Below are positions 1 to 42,715 of a stretch of 64,000 nt of DNA, piece by piece. This DNA is from Amoebidium appalachense (Eukaryota; Protista; Ichthyosporea), in NCBI GenBank assembly GCA_963693365.1, contig CAVNZM010000003.1, positions 9,189,019 through 9,253,018 of the forward strand, in the 5' to 3' direction. Under the pieces are notes generated by a model that saw only the letters and a list, made by a program, of their open reading frames with translations, searched no databases and was not told the origin of the DNA. Each line of letters opens with the position of its first letter. Positions within the stretch are counted from its first letter, which is position 1. A program made the translations under genes and the position numbers.

Positions 1-6084
<6,084 letters not shown>

Positions 6085-6249
6085 ATTGATGTGCAAGGAG
6101 TACCTGTCAACCGCCTTGCACAGGTGAAAATAGAAAGTAATGCAACCGGTTCTTTCACCCTCTGCGGAGAAGTCAACGGAGTTGAAACAGCACGTGTACC
6201 GTGCGGTACTGAGTCGTATGTTGTGTGCTTTCAAAAAAAAAATATTTAA

Positions 6250-7437
6250 CACTATGGAGGCTGCCTCACCATTGATTGCCGAGCTCGAGTTCAGACACGA
6301 AAACCGACTAAGCAGGCGATGTTTTTGGCTAATGCTTCATAACAGAAGGCACGTTATAATCAACTTTTAGAATGATCACACTGTATTTTATCTCCTTGTA
6401 TGTAAACTTGTATAGTGATTTTCAACACAAAAAAAAAACATTCAGTATGCTCCCTGCCAGAAGACAGCCATACCGCTGACCAGTCTCCGCTGACCGCTGA
6501 CCGTCGCGTCATGCTCCTCTGCATTCCATATGATAAAATTTGCGTAAAATGAGGACTGTCTGAAATGTGTTGCATGACTTTATAACATCTTCACCCAATC
6601 AATATCGGACAAATCACTATTAAAACTCGCCATGTTAGAAATCCTCAGAATACGCCTAATCCGTTTGAAATCCCGTGAATTACGCTCTAAAAATCTTCAT
6701 TAAACCACACTAAATATATATAAGTATTTAGTTGATGCTTTATTCGTCATTTTAAAAAAAATTCCAGTCGTACTGAGCCCACAAAACGTTGCCATGTACA
6801 CGGAAAAAATAGATGTCTTTGATTGGTGAACATTGAAAGTAAAATTGCGCCAAGAATGCCGGCTTGTCTAGCCAATCATTCATGTCTTTGACTTTTCGGA
6901 ACTTCGCAGAGTTCAAGTGCCGCATCAGTCACTTTGTAACACTAATAATCAAAACAAATGACGCAAGAACAAATAACCTCTTCTATACTCGTATAATATT
7001 ATACTATTATATACATATGTGTATCGGAAGGTGAAGGGCTGCATGCAGCCGGCGCTGCAGGAGGCTGCTGCGTACGTATACGCGTCCAACGACGGTGCAT
7101 GCCACACAGTCATATGACCCTAGTAGGCATGCGAAGGGCTCGAATGAGCGTGCGCCCGAATCAGCGTGCCGCTAAATTGATCGGATTGGTTTTCCTCTCA
7201 GATGTAGCCAATGAAAACATTGTATATATTTTATCTTTTGTCTATTCGCTTACAGTCATGTCTTTATCTGAGCGGCTCTGGGTCATTCCCTCCCCAGGGC
7301 TTTCGTGGTATATATGTGGGTATCAGGAGTGAATTTGCAGTTCACTTTCAAGTTCATGTCGAAAATTCACAGAAGCGGGAAGGAAAACAGTACAGCACCC
7401 TATACGAAGCCAGAGGTAGAAAACACCAAACACAACC
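6250..7437. promoter_or_regulatory. Putative divergent promoter region with CCAAT boxes
   Basis: Microsatellite-free interval between the head-to-head ATGs at 6084 (-) and 7438 (+). CCAAT/ATTGG motifs occur near 6596, 6822, 6872, 7185 and 7208, with a TATA-like TATATA near 7309. Confidence 0.45.
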
Positions 7438-7782
7438 ATGTTCTCCAAGCTTATTTCATTATTTGTTCTTGCTGGCGCGGTTGCAGCCCTTCCGGCGACG
7501 CCGCTGCGACCATGCTGCCGCGCGTACACCGCCCAGTGCCTTTCTTGCGCTGCTGCTTTGACCCCACAAGAATTCTGCGCCCAGCAGCCCGACACTGCCG
7601 ACTGCTTCCGCTACACCTCAACCGAACGTAAACCCCGTGCGGTACAGGAACAACCGCGCGTACGTGCGTGCTGCCTTGCATTCCTGCCCAAGTGTCTGGC
7701 CTGCGCAGAGGGCATCACTGAGGCTGAGTGGTGTGCAAAGCACGGCCAGGAGCCTGAAGGATTTGGTTGCAGGAGGGGATAA
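7438..7782 (+). CDS. Small secreted cysteine-rich peptide, 114 aa, intronless, with two tandem 6-Cys repeats
   Basis: Good start context (CAACCATG) and signal peptide MFSKLISLFVLAGAVAA. Two repeats of CC-x6-C-x2-C-x9-C-x8/11-C: CCRAYTAQCLSCAAALTPQEFC...C and CCLAFLPKCLACAEGITEAEWC...C. AT-rich 3' UTR follows. Confidence 0.9.
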   Translation: MFSKLISLFVLAGAVAALPATPLRPCCRAYTAQCLSCAAALTPQEFCAQQPDTADCFRYTSTERKPRAVQEQPRVRACCLAFLPKCLACAEGITEAEWCAKHGQEPEGFGCRRG

Positions 7783-8656
7783 GGTTGCAAGTGATCGCCG
7801 TGAGTGAATTATTGATGATGTTCGGCGCCCTGAGGACGAGATCTTATTTTATTTACTATTACTAAATTATAATTGTTTTATATTAATGAACTCTTTTGTG
7901 CTTTATTAACACTTTCTGCACCTAACTTTTCTATATCACTCTTGTTGTTTTGCATGCAGCCACGCTTGACGACCAGTGAAAACCCGTGTAACTATGCGCA
8001 CAAGTGTCTGCCTCGTTTGCACGACTTTCACGTTTTTCCTTGTTTTGATTTGTCCCACTCGGCAAAAGCTCTGATGATCGTGGCCATTTTAGTTTGGCTA
8101 GTCTAGCGACTGAACACCGTCGAGCGTTATATCTTTGTTGTACATATTCTTACTTCAATTGGATGATCCTCACCGCATTTTGCTTTGGTACTATGATGTG
8201 CCCGAATGGCCATAAATACACAGAAACATTTTGCTGAACCGTACTCCCTACAACTTCACACAGCTCTGGTGAAGTTATAACCCTTAACATCATGCACAAC
8301 ACAGTCACTCTATTTTTAACCAGCAGCTTTTAGGTGTGCATGCCTGCAGCCCGTTCTATAAGGCTACAACACACACACACACACACACCTGCTTCAGTTG
8401 TAATGAATACACACAGGCACCCGTTTTCGAAGTGGCATCCACATGCGCACAAGATGGATCGAAGGCGGAGCAAGAATGTAGTCCCTTACGGAATTCTGAC
8501 AGCCGCTACACAGATTGTAGCGACCATCCAAGTGCCGTGCATAGAGTGGTATGCAGACTCTTGAACACGTATCCAGTATGAGCGGGGTCCAGTGATTATA
8601 ACCGTTGTGCATGCAGCGTGTGGGGATTTGCATTGGTGTGCCGGCCATTGGGGAGG

Positions 8657-8693
<37 letters not shown>

Positions 8694-8778
8694 TGGTGGG
8701 CATGGGTGCGTAGGTGGGAAAGGGGGAGGGGAGGTTCACGAGATTGTGGTCGAGACTCAGGAGAGAAGAAAAAACTGT

Positions 8779-8864
<86 letters not shown>

Positions 8865-9513
8865 ACGTGTGTGTGTGCATGCATATTGGTAAGGCCTGTC
8901 CAAGGTCCGTGCATGTGTGCAAACAGTGTGTGGCAGTTAGTGTTTGTGCGTGTATCTGTGCCTCTTGGCCAATGTGTATGTCTTGTGTGTGCATGTGTGT
9001 TCCCCACGGTGTGCGTGTCTCACTCTCTCCTCAAAGATCTCGAGGTGTGGCGTGTGCTTGTGGGAGAAAGGAGAGGGAGGGATGAAAGGCACAAGCGAAT
9101 TCGCACAAGGCCATTAGGGCAATAGGGAAGACTGCAAGGACCATTAAAGCACAGCCAATTAAAAATGTAGTTGAAAAAATCTGGGGAAAGGGGTAGTGGT
9201 AGGGAGAGAGGTGGGGGCCAGGGCAGGGTGCTTAACTTGAATCTGGCACGGCCGGTAAACATGACGTCATATCAGTTGATGGCCGGCAGATATCATGATG
9301 ATCTTGGCAAGGCCTGCAACAATTCATTTCAGGACTGTCTGGACTCAAAAGTTTCGAAAAAGCTTAAGAGCATACCGTGGACGGGGTAGCCATACATGCG
9401 TGCATGTGCAGACACTAGTAAAGATACATAAGCAGGTAGAAGTTGCCGTAGCAGTACGCACACGCAAGCAGCCCTCTGAACATGCACAAGCACTAGTGAA
9501 GGCGTCGTAAGTG

Positions 9514-33786
<24,273 letters not shown>

Positions 33787-33991
33787 TCGGACATACACGT
33801 GGATTCGCCCACCCCCACCCGCCTTCTCCCCCGCCTAAACACCCAAACATGCACATGCACACACACACACACGCACACACACACACACACACACGTGCAC
33901 ACGCACAATCACTCTACCGAGACCCGCACTCGCCAAACACGCAGAATGATGCACACACCGTCGGCTCTAGTCACGGGTGGTGCCCGGTACT

Positions 33992-34026
<35 letters not shown>

Positions 34027-34264
34027 AGTAGTGGTGTGTAAACTTAGACGCATTAAAGGAAGAGTCTACATGTGTGGTATGCTTGCATCTAGCTCACATT
34101 AACAGGCCACACAGTGTCACCACACCACCTAAGACATGTGCACTTATCAGAATCTAGCTAGTAGTCAGAATCGTTGCAGTTGTATCGTTTAAGAACGAGT
34201 TTGCTGAATGAACCGAAACGTGGGTCATTTGAAGGATTTTAGTGATACATGATTTTGCATGGAA

Positions 34265-34378
34265 CAGTATATTCTGTGTTCTGTATGTATGTAGTTATGT
34301 CAACTCGGCCACGTTGCCTGAAAGCAGTATATTCTGTGTTCTTTATATATGTAGATATGTCAACTCGGCCACGTTGCC
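34265..34378. repeat. 60-bp-period tandem duplication downstream of INTS2
   Basis: CAGTATATTCTGTGTTCT...GTCAACTCGGCCACGTTGCC occurs at 34265 and 34325 with 3 mismatches. Confidence 0.92.
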
Positions 34379-35109
34379 ATTTATAATTTAAAGACCCCAT
34401 CAGTGACAGAAAAGATGGCCTGTCATGTACGCACGTGCATGCTTACCTGCGCGTGTGTGTGCAATTGTTCCGATTATTTATTGTTCCTGAATGAATCTTC
34501 GTGGTATTATTCCCAAAATTATTGGTTTTGAATGGATCTCAAAGTGAAACCACCCTTGAATCGACGAATAAACACGACCGAGTGTCTGAAATGTTAGGCT
34601 ACATGTGTTCATGAAATAGAACGGTGGGGGTGGGGGTGGGTGGGTGGGTGAGTGGGTGGGTGAGTGGGCGGGTGTGTGTGTGTGTGTGTCTGTTTCTGTG
34701 TGTGCGTGTTTATTGTTTGTGTGTGTATGTGTGCTTATCACACGGTTAGTGAGTGAGTGGGTGGGCACACGTGTATACCTATGCGTGTGTGTGTGTGTGT
34801 GCGTGTGTGTGTTATTGCATGTATACGTGTATGACAGTGACTCGATGAGTGAGTGTGTGCGCATATGGGCGCGCGCGCCCGTGTGTGTATGTGTGTACAT
34901 ATGTGCACTTGCAGGGAGGTGGGGGAGAGGGGGTAGGCCTGGTGAGGGGGCATCCGACATAAAGGTGCTCTGGCTGAAATGGAAACTAATAAAGCCTTGG
35001 CATACTGTACACAAGTGCATCCATTATGGGCAATGTGGCACAAGCAAACACCTTCTACATGGTGACCAGGTGCTGTATTAGAGAGTGGGGAACAGTGTCC
35101 CACGCGAAA

Positions 35110-35193
<84 letters not shown>

Positions 35194-35295
35194 GGCTAGG
35201 TCCGGGGCGCACACGTGCGCATGCCGGGCCGGGATATCGCGAACTTGACTGTCCGGGTGCTGGGCGAGAGCCTGGGCCCAGAGAGTGGGGATAGT

Positions 35296-35345
<50 letters not shown>

Positions 35346-35354
35346 TGTGTGTAC

Positions 35355-35389
<35 letters not shown>

Positions 35390-36185
35390 TGTGTGTGTGT
35401 GTGTGATGTGTGTGTGATGTGTGTTTTTGGGGGACGGAGTAGGAGGGAGCAAGGGGGTGGGTGTGACTGTGTGTGTGTGTGGGGGGGTGGGCCGGGGGGG
35501 GGGAGACGGGAGGGGGAGAGAGAAACTACAGCGATATCGATCGTTACGGTAGGCATGGGGCCGTTTCCAGTGGTCGTTTCCCCGGGCTTTACGGTTGGTT
35601 GACTTTTTGTTTCAGATTTCGAGGTTTAGTGAGAAAGACATTGCAATGTATTAGCTACAATTATTATTAAAGCTTAAGACTGGAGTTCATCGATTGACAA
35701 TCTAGATCTGCAGAAGCAGAATCATTCTGCTTGAAGCAAGCTTTACGTAATGGTCACCGCTGCCTTGAGCGGGTTTATTCTGCTTTTTGCTATTAATTCT
35801 GCTAAAAATTCAAAGAAGCAGGAAGATTCTGCCCACAGCAGTTATATTCTGTTTTAGCAGTCGATAATCCTGTTCATATGCATATATGCACAGCAGAATT
35901 CACGTCGATCAGTGCCATGCAGAGAGCCGACGATCATTCTCAGCCGGATGGTACTACTAGGCTGCGAGTATATACATCACACAGACTCATACCTACATAT
36001 TTGACAAGTTGCTTACTGTTCTATAGTTAGCCTAGGGCATGGCTTGAATTTAGCTACCACAACACGTGCATGCCCTAGACTAATTACATGTGTGATGCCA
36101 AACCTGAGGTATTAACACTGCAAGGGCCGGAAGAGTCAATGGTCAAACTGGTACAGGCTGTCGTGGTCGTGGTGGACTCCCCCAG

Positions 36186-36227
<42 letters not shown>

Positions 36228-36513
36228 CCCCCTCCCCCCCCCCCCCCCCCCCCCGGGGACGGCCGCAGCAGGCTCGAGCTCGTGATATGTATTTAACCGA
36301 GGCTTTACTTTTAAATTTTTTTTTTTCGAATTTTTTTCCCCTTGAAACCTGGCCATACATACCATTTTCCTGCACATATCGTAATCAAGCCCGAGATCAG
36401 TGACTTGCAACGACCCACAGTTCAAAAGCTACCTACAAACCGTATACAACACAATTCCACTTCGACCTTGCTTTGTTTGTTTCTCAAGACTTGAAACCCG
36501 GGCCCCCTTTTCC

Positions 36514-37206
36514 TTAAAAACCCTGTACATGACACGTGTACATTAACGTACGTAGATTACTGTCTGACCTACACTTAAACGCGGGCATTCCTGAAACCCC
36601 TCCGGAGAGGGACGTCATACTGATGCTGTGTGAAAGTGGTGCCGGCTCGTCTGTTGGCTCGATCACCACCCACGAGTCATCACTCTTGCTGCTCCCTAAC
36701 GCCGCAAGCAGCCGCGTGTCAGCTGCAGAAAGTGTGACGTACGCTCTGATGTATTTACTCAACCACAACCCCCTGCTAGAACTTGACTTCCTAGTTAAAT
36801 TCCTTGCTCCCCCCGCCGTTAAAGGAACACAGTTCACGATGTTGTTACAACCACCGCAACACTGACAATCCCTGCAGTTGTGGTTGGAAAACCGGAGCTC
36901 ACAGGTACTTTTGCACGAGTGTACATGTGCTGGCTTGGAACTTGGAAGCTCCCCGGAGCTGCGAGATTTTGCGCTCGTGCAAGTTTCAATCTCTTCTCTT
37001 TGGTTATGACAGCTGCTGACGGAGTATGAGGACAACTTTGCCCCAAAAGGTTTCTTGTTTTCTCTTGCCAGTTGCGAAGTTTTGCTCTTGCTTTTACGTG
37101 GAAGGCATTCTTCGCTGGAGCTATCTGCCAAAAGTTTTGCGGCTGTGTGTCGTTTAGAGTTTAGGGCGAAAGACGACAACCGTGGGATGGGCACAGTAAG
37201 ATGCAT
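36514..37206 (-). CDS. Hypothetical Ser/Lys-rich protein (~230 aa, possibly one exon of a spliced gene)
   Basis: Long non-repetitive ORF with first ATG at 37206. It contains a Cys cluster (CRDCQCCGGC) and a LIR-like DDSWVVI. A CCAAT-rich region lies upstream at 38400-38640. No homology recognised. Confidence 0.5.
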   Translation of the reverse strand: MHLTVPIPRLSSFALNSKRHTAAKLLADSSSEECLPRKSKSKTSQLARENKKPFGAKLSSYSVSSCHNQREEIETCTSAKSRSSGELPSSKPAHVHSCKSTCELRFSNHNCRDCQCCGGCNNIVNCVPLTAGGARNLTRKSSSSRGLWLSKYIRAYVTLSAADTRLLAALGSSKSDDSWVVIEPTDEPAPLSHSISMTSLSGGVSGMPAFKCRSDSNLRTLMYTCHVQGF

Positions 37207-39135
37207 TTTATGGCCCGTGGTATGACAAATTAAAGTCTCTTGCGAATTCAAGGCAAGTGGTAGGCCCAGTCAGAATTTAGTTTAACTCAACTCTGATACG
37301 AAAAAGAGCCCCAGAGGAATTCGAAAAACGACAGTACTCAGCCCTAACTATGAACAGGTATTCGAAAAGAATACGCTCTGGATCTTTATTTCGGTGCCCG
37401 TGGGTCAACCCAAAATCAAGAATTAGACTTTTGTGAACTACTAATGAATAAGTCCTGCTGAGGTTGAACTAGCTTTTGACTGCAGCATTTGAATCGAAAA
37501 CCAGACAGGTCTAGGCTACTCTACATGTACAATTCAACTCGCAAATGGCACGACTAAGCTGAAGTCTTCACAGCGCTGTCCTTTCGAAACTCTCTTCTCT
37601 GCACTACAACGGTTTTCTAGTCGGTTGCATCCCTCAAATCCTTTATATGGGAGGGCTAAAAAGAGACGCTTTGGCTTTTTTGGAGCTGTCACTGAGGGCT
37701 ATTTTTAAACGGGGTGTGGGTGACCTGGTGTTTTGCAGCTACAACCTCGCGAGTATGGTGTAAGTGGTCATGTGGTGTGCACCGATTGGCTGGAAAGCCA
37801 CTGGGAGTCTCGAGACCAGGTATCATAAAAAGGGGGCACGTGCACGAGTGTGCAAAAGTGCGACTCTTTCCGGTGGGTAGACTTCTAGGTGATATCACAA
37901 GCAGGTCTGCACTGAGACATATGAGCATATGCCTCTGGCAGTGCACGCAAGCGTTACTAATGCACATATGTTGGACTCTGTGGTTTCGGTGTGGCCACTG
38001 TGTATATTATGCATTTAGTAAAACTGCAGCAACTATTAGCGCCCTGCTTAAACTTGCAAGCACATGCACCGGCTATACATATGCATGCAACCGTACGCCC
38101 TCGAGAGTGCAAGTTTTGCACGACGTCGACCAAGTCGATCATTCTAGATCTGTGTCGCTGATCTGTGTTACCAGCTCCATGATCATATATGCATGCGTGT
38201 GCACGGTCTGACTATTAGTCTTCGGCCTCTCTCATTCATCATTACACTGTCCTTATACCCTTTTGCATAGTTAAATTATTCTTTCCGAGCGTACATGAAG
38301 CGCACGCGCCGCCGCTTGGTCCAATTCGCCCAGATGCCAGAGTAACTGTACTGCGATATCAGCTGCAGGTTGATTTGTTTGCGTGGAGGCAGTTCCCGCC
38401 AGTTTATCACTTGAACCAATCACAAAATCTCTTCATTTTGATCAAAAACCGTGACGTGACAGCTGTCCAATTGAATCTCTTTACCCGAGAAATTTCGCAG
38501 TTGACTCCGAGTAGTAGTAGTCGGCGCCGCTGCGCATTCTGGTATGCCTTCTACCTTATGAGGTAGCTCTTCTTTTTCAAAAGGGCAGTAATTAATTTAC
38601 AAAACCAATCAAATGCATTACAAAACCAATCACATGCATTAAAAAATCCTCTGAAAAGTAGAAATCAGCCAAAGTGGGTCTAATATTACTGCCACCGATA
38701 CTGCCTCCAGAATGCGTGCGCACGAGACCTCTGATGATCGATCCGATATATCGATCGATATTCGAAGTTCATGCATGAGTGGCGTGGCTAGTATACATTG
38801 TATATACCGTTATATGGATATATTTCTATTGAAATTTATCATTGGAGAAATAGTTTAGAAGAGCAACAACTACTCCAATGTAATACATGATTCCATCGTG
38901 AACACTCGGTCTGGCATCGTTTTGTGTCGCTGCAACGCCCAGATACAAAAGCGAACAGCAAATCACAAGTTTGCTCAAAACAAATCCAATTACCGGCTCC
39001 CAAATCCAAACCTTACAATATTATTGGATAACCGTGGCTTGGTGCGACCTAAACCAATCGCACGACTTCGTTTGTTGGGTGTGCACTGTCACAACTCACA
39101 AGGGCACCCAAGCTTGGGTCGACCGGCAGGCTCAG

Positions 39136-39172
<37 letters not shown>

Positions 39173-39456
39173 TTCCTTCTCCCCCCCTCCCCCCCCCGCC
39201 TCCCCCTCCCTCCGCCCCCTCCCGGAACCTGAGTGAGGGTGTTAGCCATGGGGCGTTGGGGGTGGGGGGTGGGGGGAGAAAGACAAAAAGAAAAAGAGAG
39301 GACGACACTGCAGGCTGAGAAACAGGCGTGTGTGGTGCACACTTCATGATGTGCCGGTGACCCTGCCTCGATGAATATCATACATGGCATACACGGCAGT
39401 GAGCGTGACCCAGTCCGTGCGATGTGTGTGCACGTGCACGTGTTTGTTTGTGGACT

Positions 39457-39831
<375 letters not shown>

Positions 39832-40108
39832 CGTGTGCGTGCATGTGTGCGTGTGTGTGTGCGTGTGCGCGCGCGTGTGTGTGCGTGTACATTTGCAAGT
39901 GTGTGTGTGGGTGGGTGGGTGCATGCGTGCGTGGTGTGTGCATGCACGAGTCAGTCTCTATTTCGCTCTCTCAGGCTATCTGTTTACTAACAAATAGATA
40001 TGCGGGAATAACCTATAATAATAGCCTATGATATTATAAGGTAATACTATGGTGGGTAGACTCTCAAAGAGCCGGGCAGTCATTAAGGGTCGTTACCTTA
40101 CTAATACT

Positions 40109-40153
<45 letters not shown>

Positions 40154-40242
40154 AAAAAAAAAAAAGGAAAGAAAGAAAGAAAAGAGAAAGAAAGAAAGAA
40201 AGAAAAAAAAGCCCGTGGCTGGTTGTGGTACTGGGATTTTTT

Positions 40243-40302
<60 letters not shown>

Positions 40303-40607
40303 AGGCCAGGGGGGTCGTGTACGTATGCGGTGGCCGTGCATAGGCTGCATGACGCCATGTTGCTATGCCGTATGTACACTGGTACTGGCCAGAGCGTGGG
40401 CCCGTAATAATGAGTAGCCGAGCTTAATGAGTGCTCTATGATGTGTGTACAACTAGAAGGCTGAAGCCTTCTCCAGTGATTTTATGCAAGTTAAGAGTTG
40501 GGCTTACCTTTCTGACATGTCGCGGCACGCGCACACACACGCAGACGCACACGCAGACGCACACGCACATGCGCACGCGCGCGCGCGCGCGCGCGAGCAC
40601 ACACACA

Positions 40608-40697
<90 letters not shown>

Positions 40698-40749
40698 AAC
40701 ACACACACACACGAACACACATGCGCGTGCGCCCCCCCCCCAAAAAACA

Positions 40750-40789
<40 letters not shown>

Positions 40790-41419
40790 GGACGTGCCGT
40801 GCACACAAACACATAAACCAAATACATACACATGCGCCAAAAACATACCCTACCCCCCCTTCCCCCCTTCCCCCCCTCCCCCCTCCCCTACCCCACTTCG
40901 GCCGCAATCCGCCCCCCTCCCCCCCCCCCCCTTCCCCCCTCCCCCGGCCACACACCCAAACACACACCTTAGTATCCCATTTCATAGAAAGCCGCTCCTG
41001 GGAGGGATCAGGGGAGGGGGGGGGGGGGGGGGGGGAGGGAAGGAGGGGAAGGATGGGAGGAACCTGTCCGTGTGTATATGATATATGATATGTATGCGCG
41101 CAGAGCCAGAGCTGTGCATCACATGACTACTGGTCCGTGTTGCTGTGCACGTGGCCACGTTAGGAAGCATTGATTTTGAACCCAGGGGGAGGGGGTAGTA
41201 GGAAGTTTGGGGGGGGGGGGGAAGGGTACCCGCCACCCCGCGACAGGTCGGGTCCGGGGGGTACCCCACACCCCGGCCAGGCCCTTATATAGTACTATAA
41301 GTACTATATAGTACTATATGTTCACATATGAGGGGGGGGGGGGGGGGGTACCCACCACCGGCCGAGGGGACGGGTCCCCCCCCCCCCTCCCCCCCCCCCC
41401 CCCCCCCCCGGGAACACAC

Positions 41420-41700
41420 AATGGCGGAGGGGTGCCGGCGGAGGGGTGAGTTTTACCCCTCCGCGGAGTCACCCCTCTGCCCATAAAACAGGACATTGCA
41501 GAGGGGTTTTCTTACATCGCGGAGGGGTGCGGAGGGGTTTTTGTGACTCCGCAGAGGGGTGCGCGGACGGGTACACCCCTCTGCCACCCCTCTGCAAGGT
41601 CATAAAAACATGCCCAAAGATGACTCTGCAGAGGGGGACGCCGAGGGGTGGAGGGCAAATGTGACATCTCGGAGGGGAAACTTATGAGGGGTGGAGGGGG
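41420..41700. repeat. Left subterminal array of ACCCCTCYGC / GCRGAGGGGT motifs
   Basis: About 15 copies in both orientations. The outer ~60 bp is an inverted match of 58696-58757. Confidence 0.9.
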
Positions 41701-41704
41701 ATCT

Positions 41705-41743
<39 letters not shown>

Positions 41744-42715
41744 CTTTCTCAGTGTCAAACATCAGGGCACCATGCAATGTTGCCTATGCGCACGGGGCCT
41801 CGAAGCAGATAGGATGGGGGAGGGGGGGAAGGGGGGGGGGGGGGGGGGGGGGGGGGATAGAGACAAGACAATACTATAAACCGTTGAAATACTCAGCTTA
41901 TGTGGCATATACAGCAGAGGCGAAGCTGAGGGGGTGTTGAGAGATAAATATAACGAGACAGCATCCAAAAAGCGCGAAGCCACTTCCAAGATGTAAGCAC
42001 CTGCATCTAAGGACCCCAAAGGAGAGGATTAGATGTTTAGAAAACATAGTTACTAATCTTAAAGGAGAGAAGAAAAAGTAAAGCATGCAATACATTCACG
42101 TGCAACTTTTCAAACGGCCCCGGGGGAGGGGGGGGGGGGGGGGGATCGGGAGGGGAATAAAGGTGGGTTGGTCCCTGGGGTTTGTTGGGAGTGGTTGAAA
42201 AACTCAGAAGAGACAAGTAGGGGAAATAAATACACGAGCATAATCATGATACGCAGAAGGTGGCTATTTCTTTAGTTGTGGTACACATAATGGGAGCATG
42301 TTGCATGGGGCCGAAGGGGGGAGTGTGTATGCATCATGAGTGTGTGCGCGCATGCGTCTTTGTGCATGTGTGTGTGTAAGTGTGGGGTGGGGGGGGGGGG
42401 GAGGAGGGGGAAGTGGGAGAGGCGGCCAAAGGGGGGGGGGGGGGGGGGGGGGGGGGGGGTCTTCAGGCCGAGGTTGTAAAGAACCGTCATACTTGGTCGG
42501 TATGGAAAGTGATTTATGGAACCGTACATACTGTTAGCTTGTTGTTACCCGAGAAATCGCCAACATGACAATCAACTTACGGCTGAGCAAACTTATTGCT
42601 ACTTCTTTGTTTCTGTCAGGTGGAAATGCACAAACAAAACCCTAGTAACTTAAGTTGTGCGACTTTGCCCTTTACCGACCAGACATAGTTATTGATCCGA
42701 CCTGAATCGATAAAT

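Noticed and set aside
41896-42689. Exon-like islands inside the Harbinger shell (also 56640-56800)
   Set aside because: They could be captured gene or Myb-like remnants, but no consistent spliced frame or motif could be assembled.
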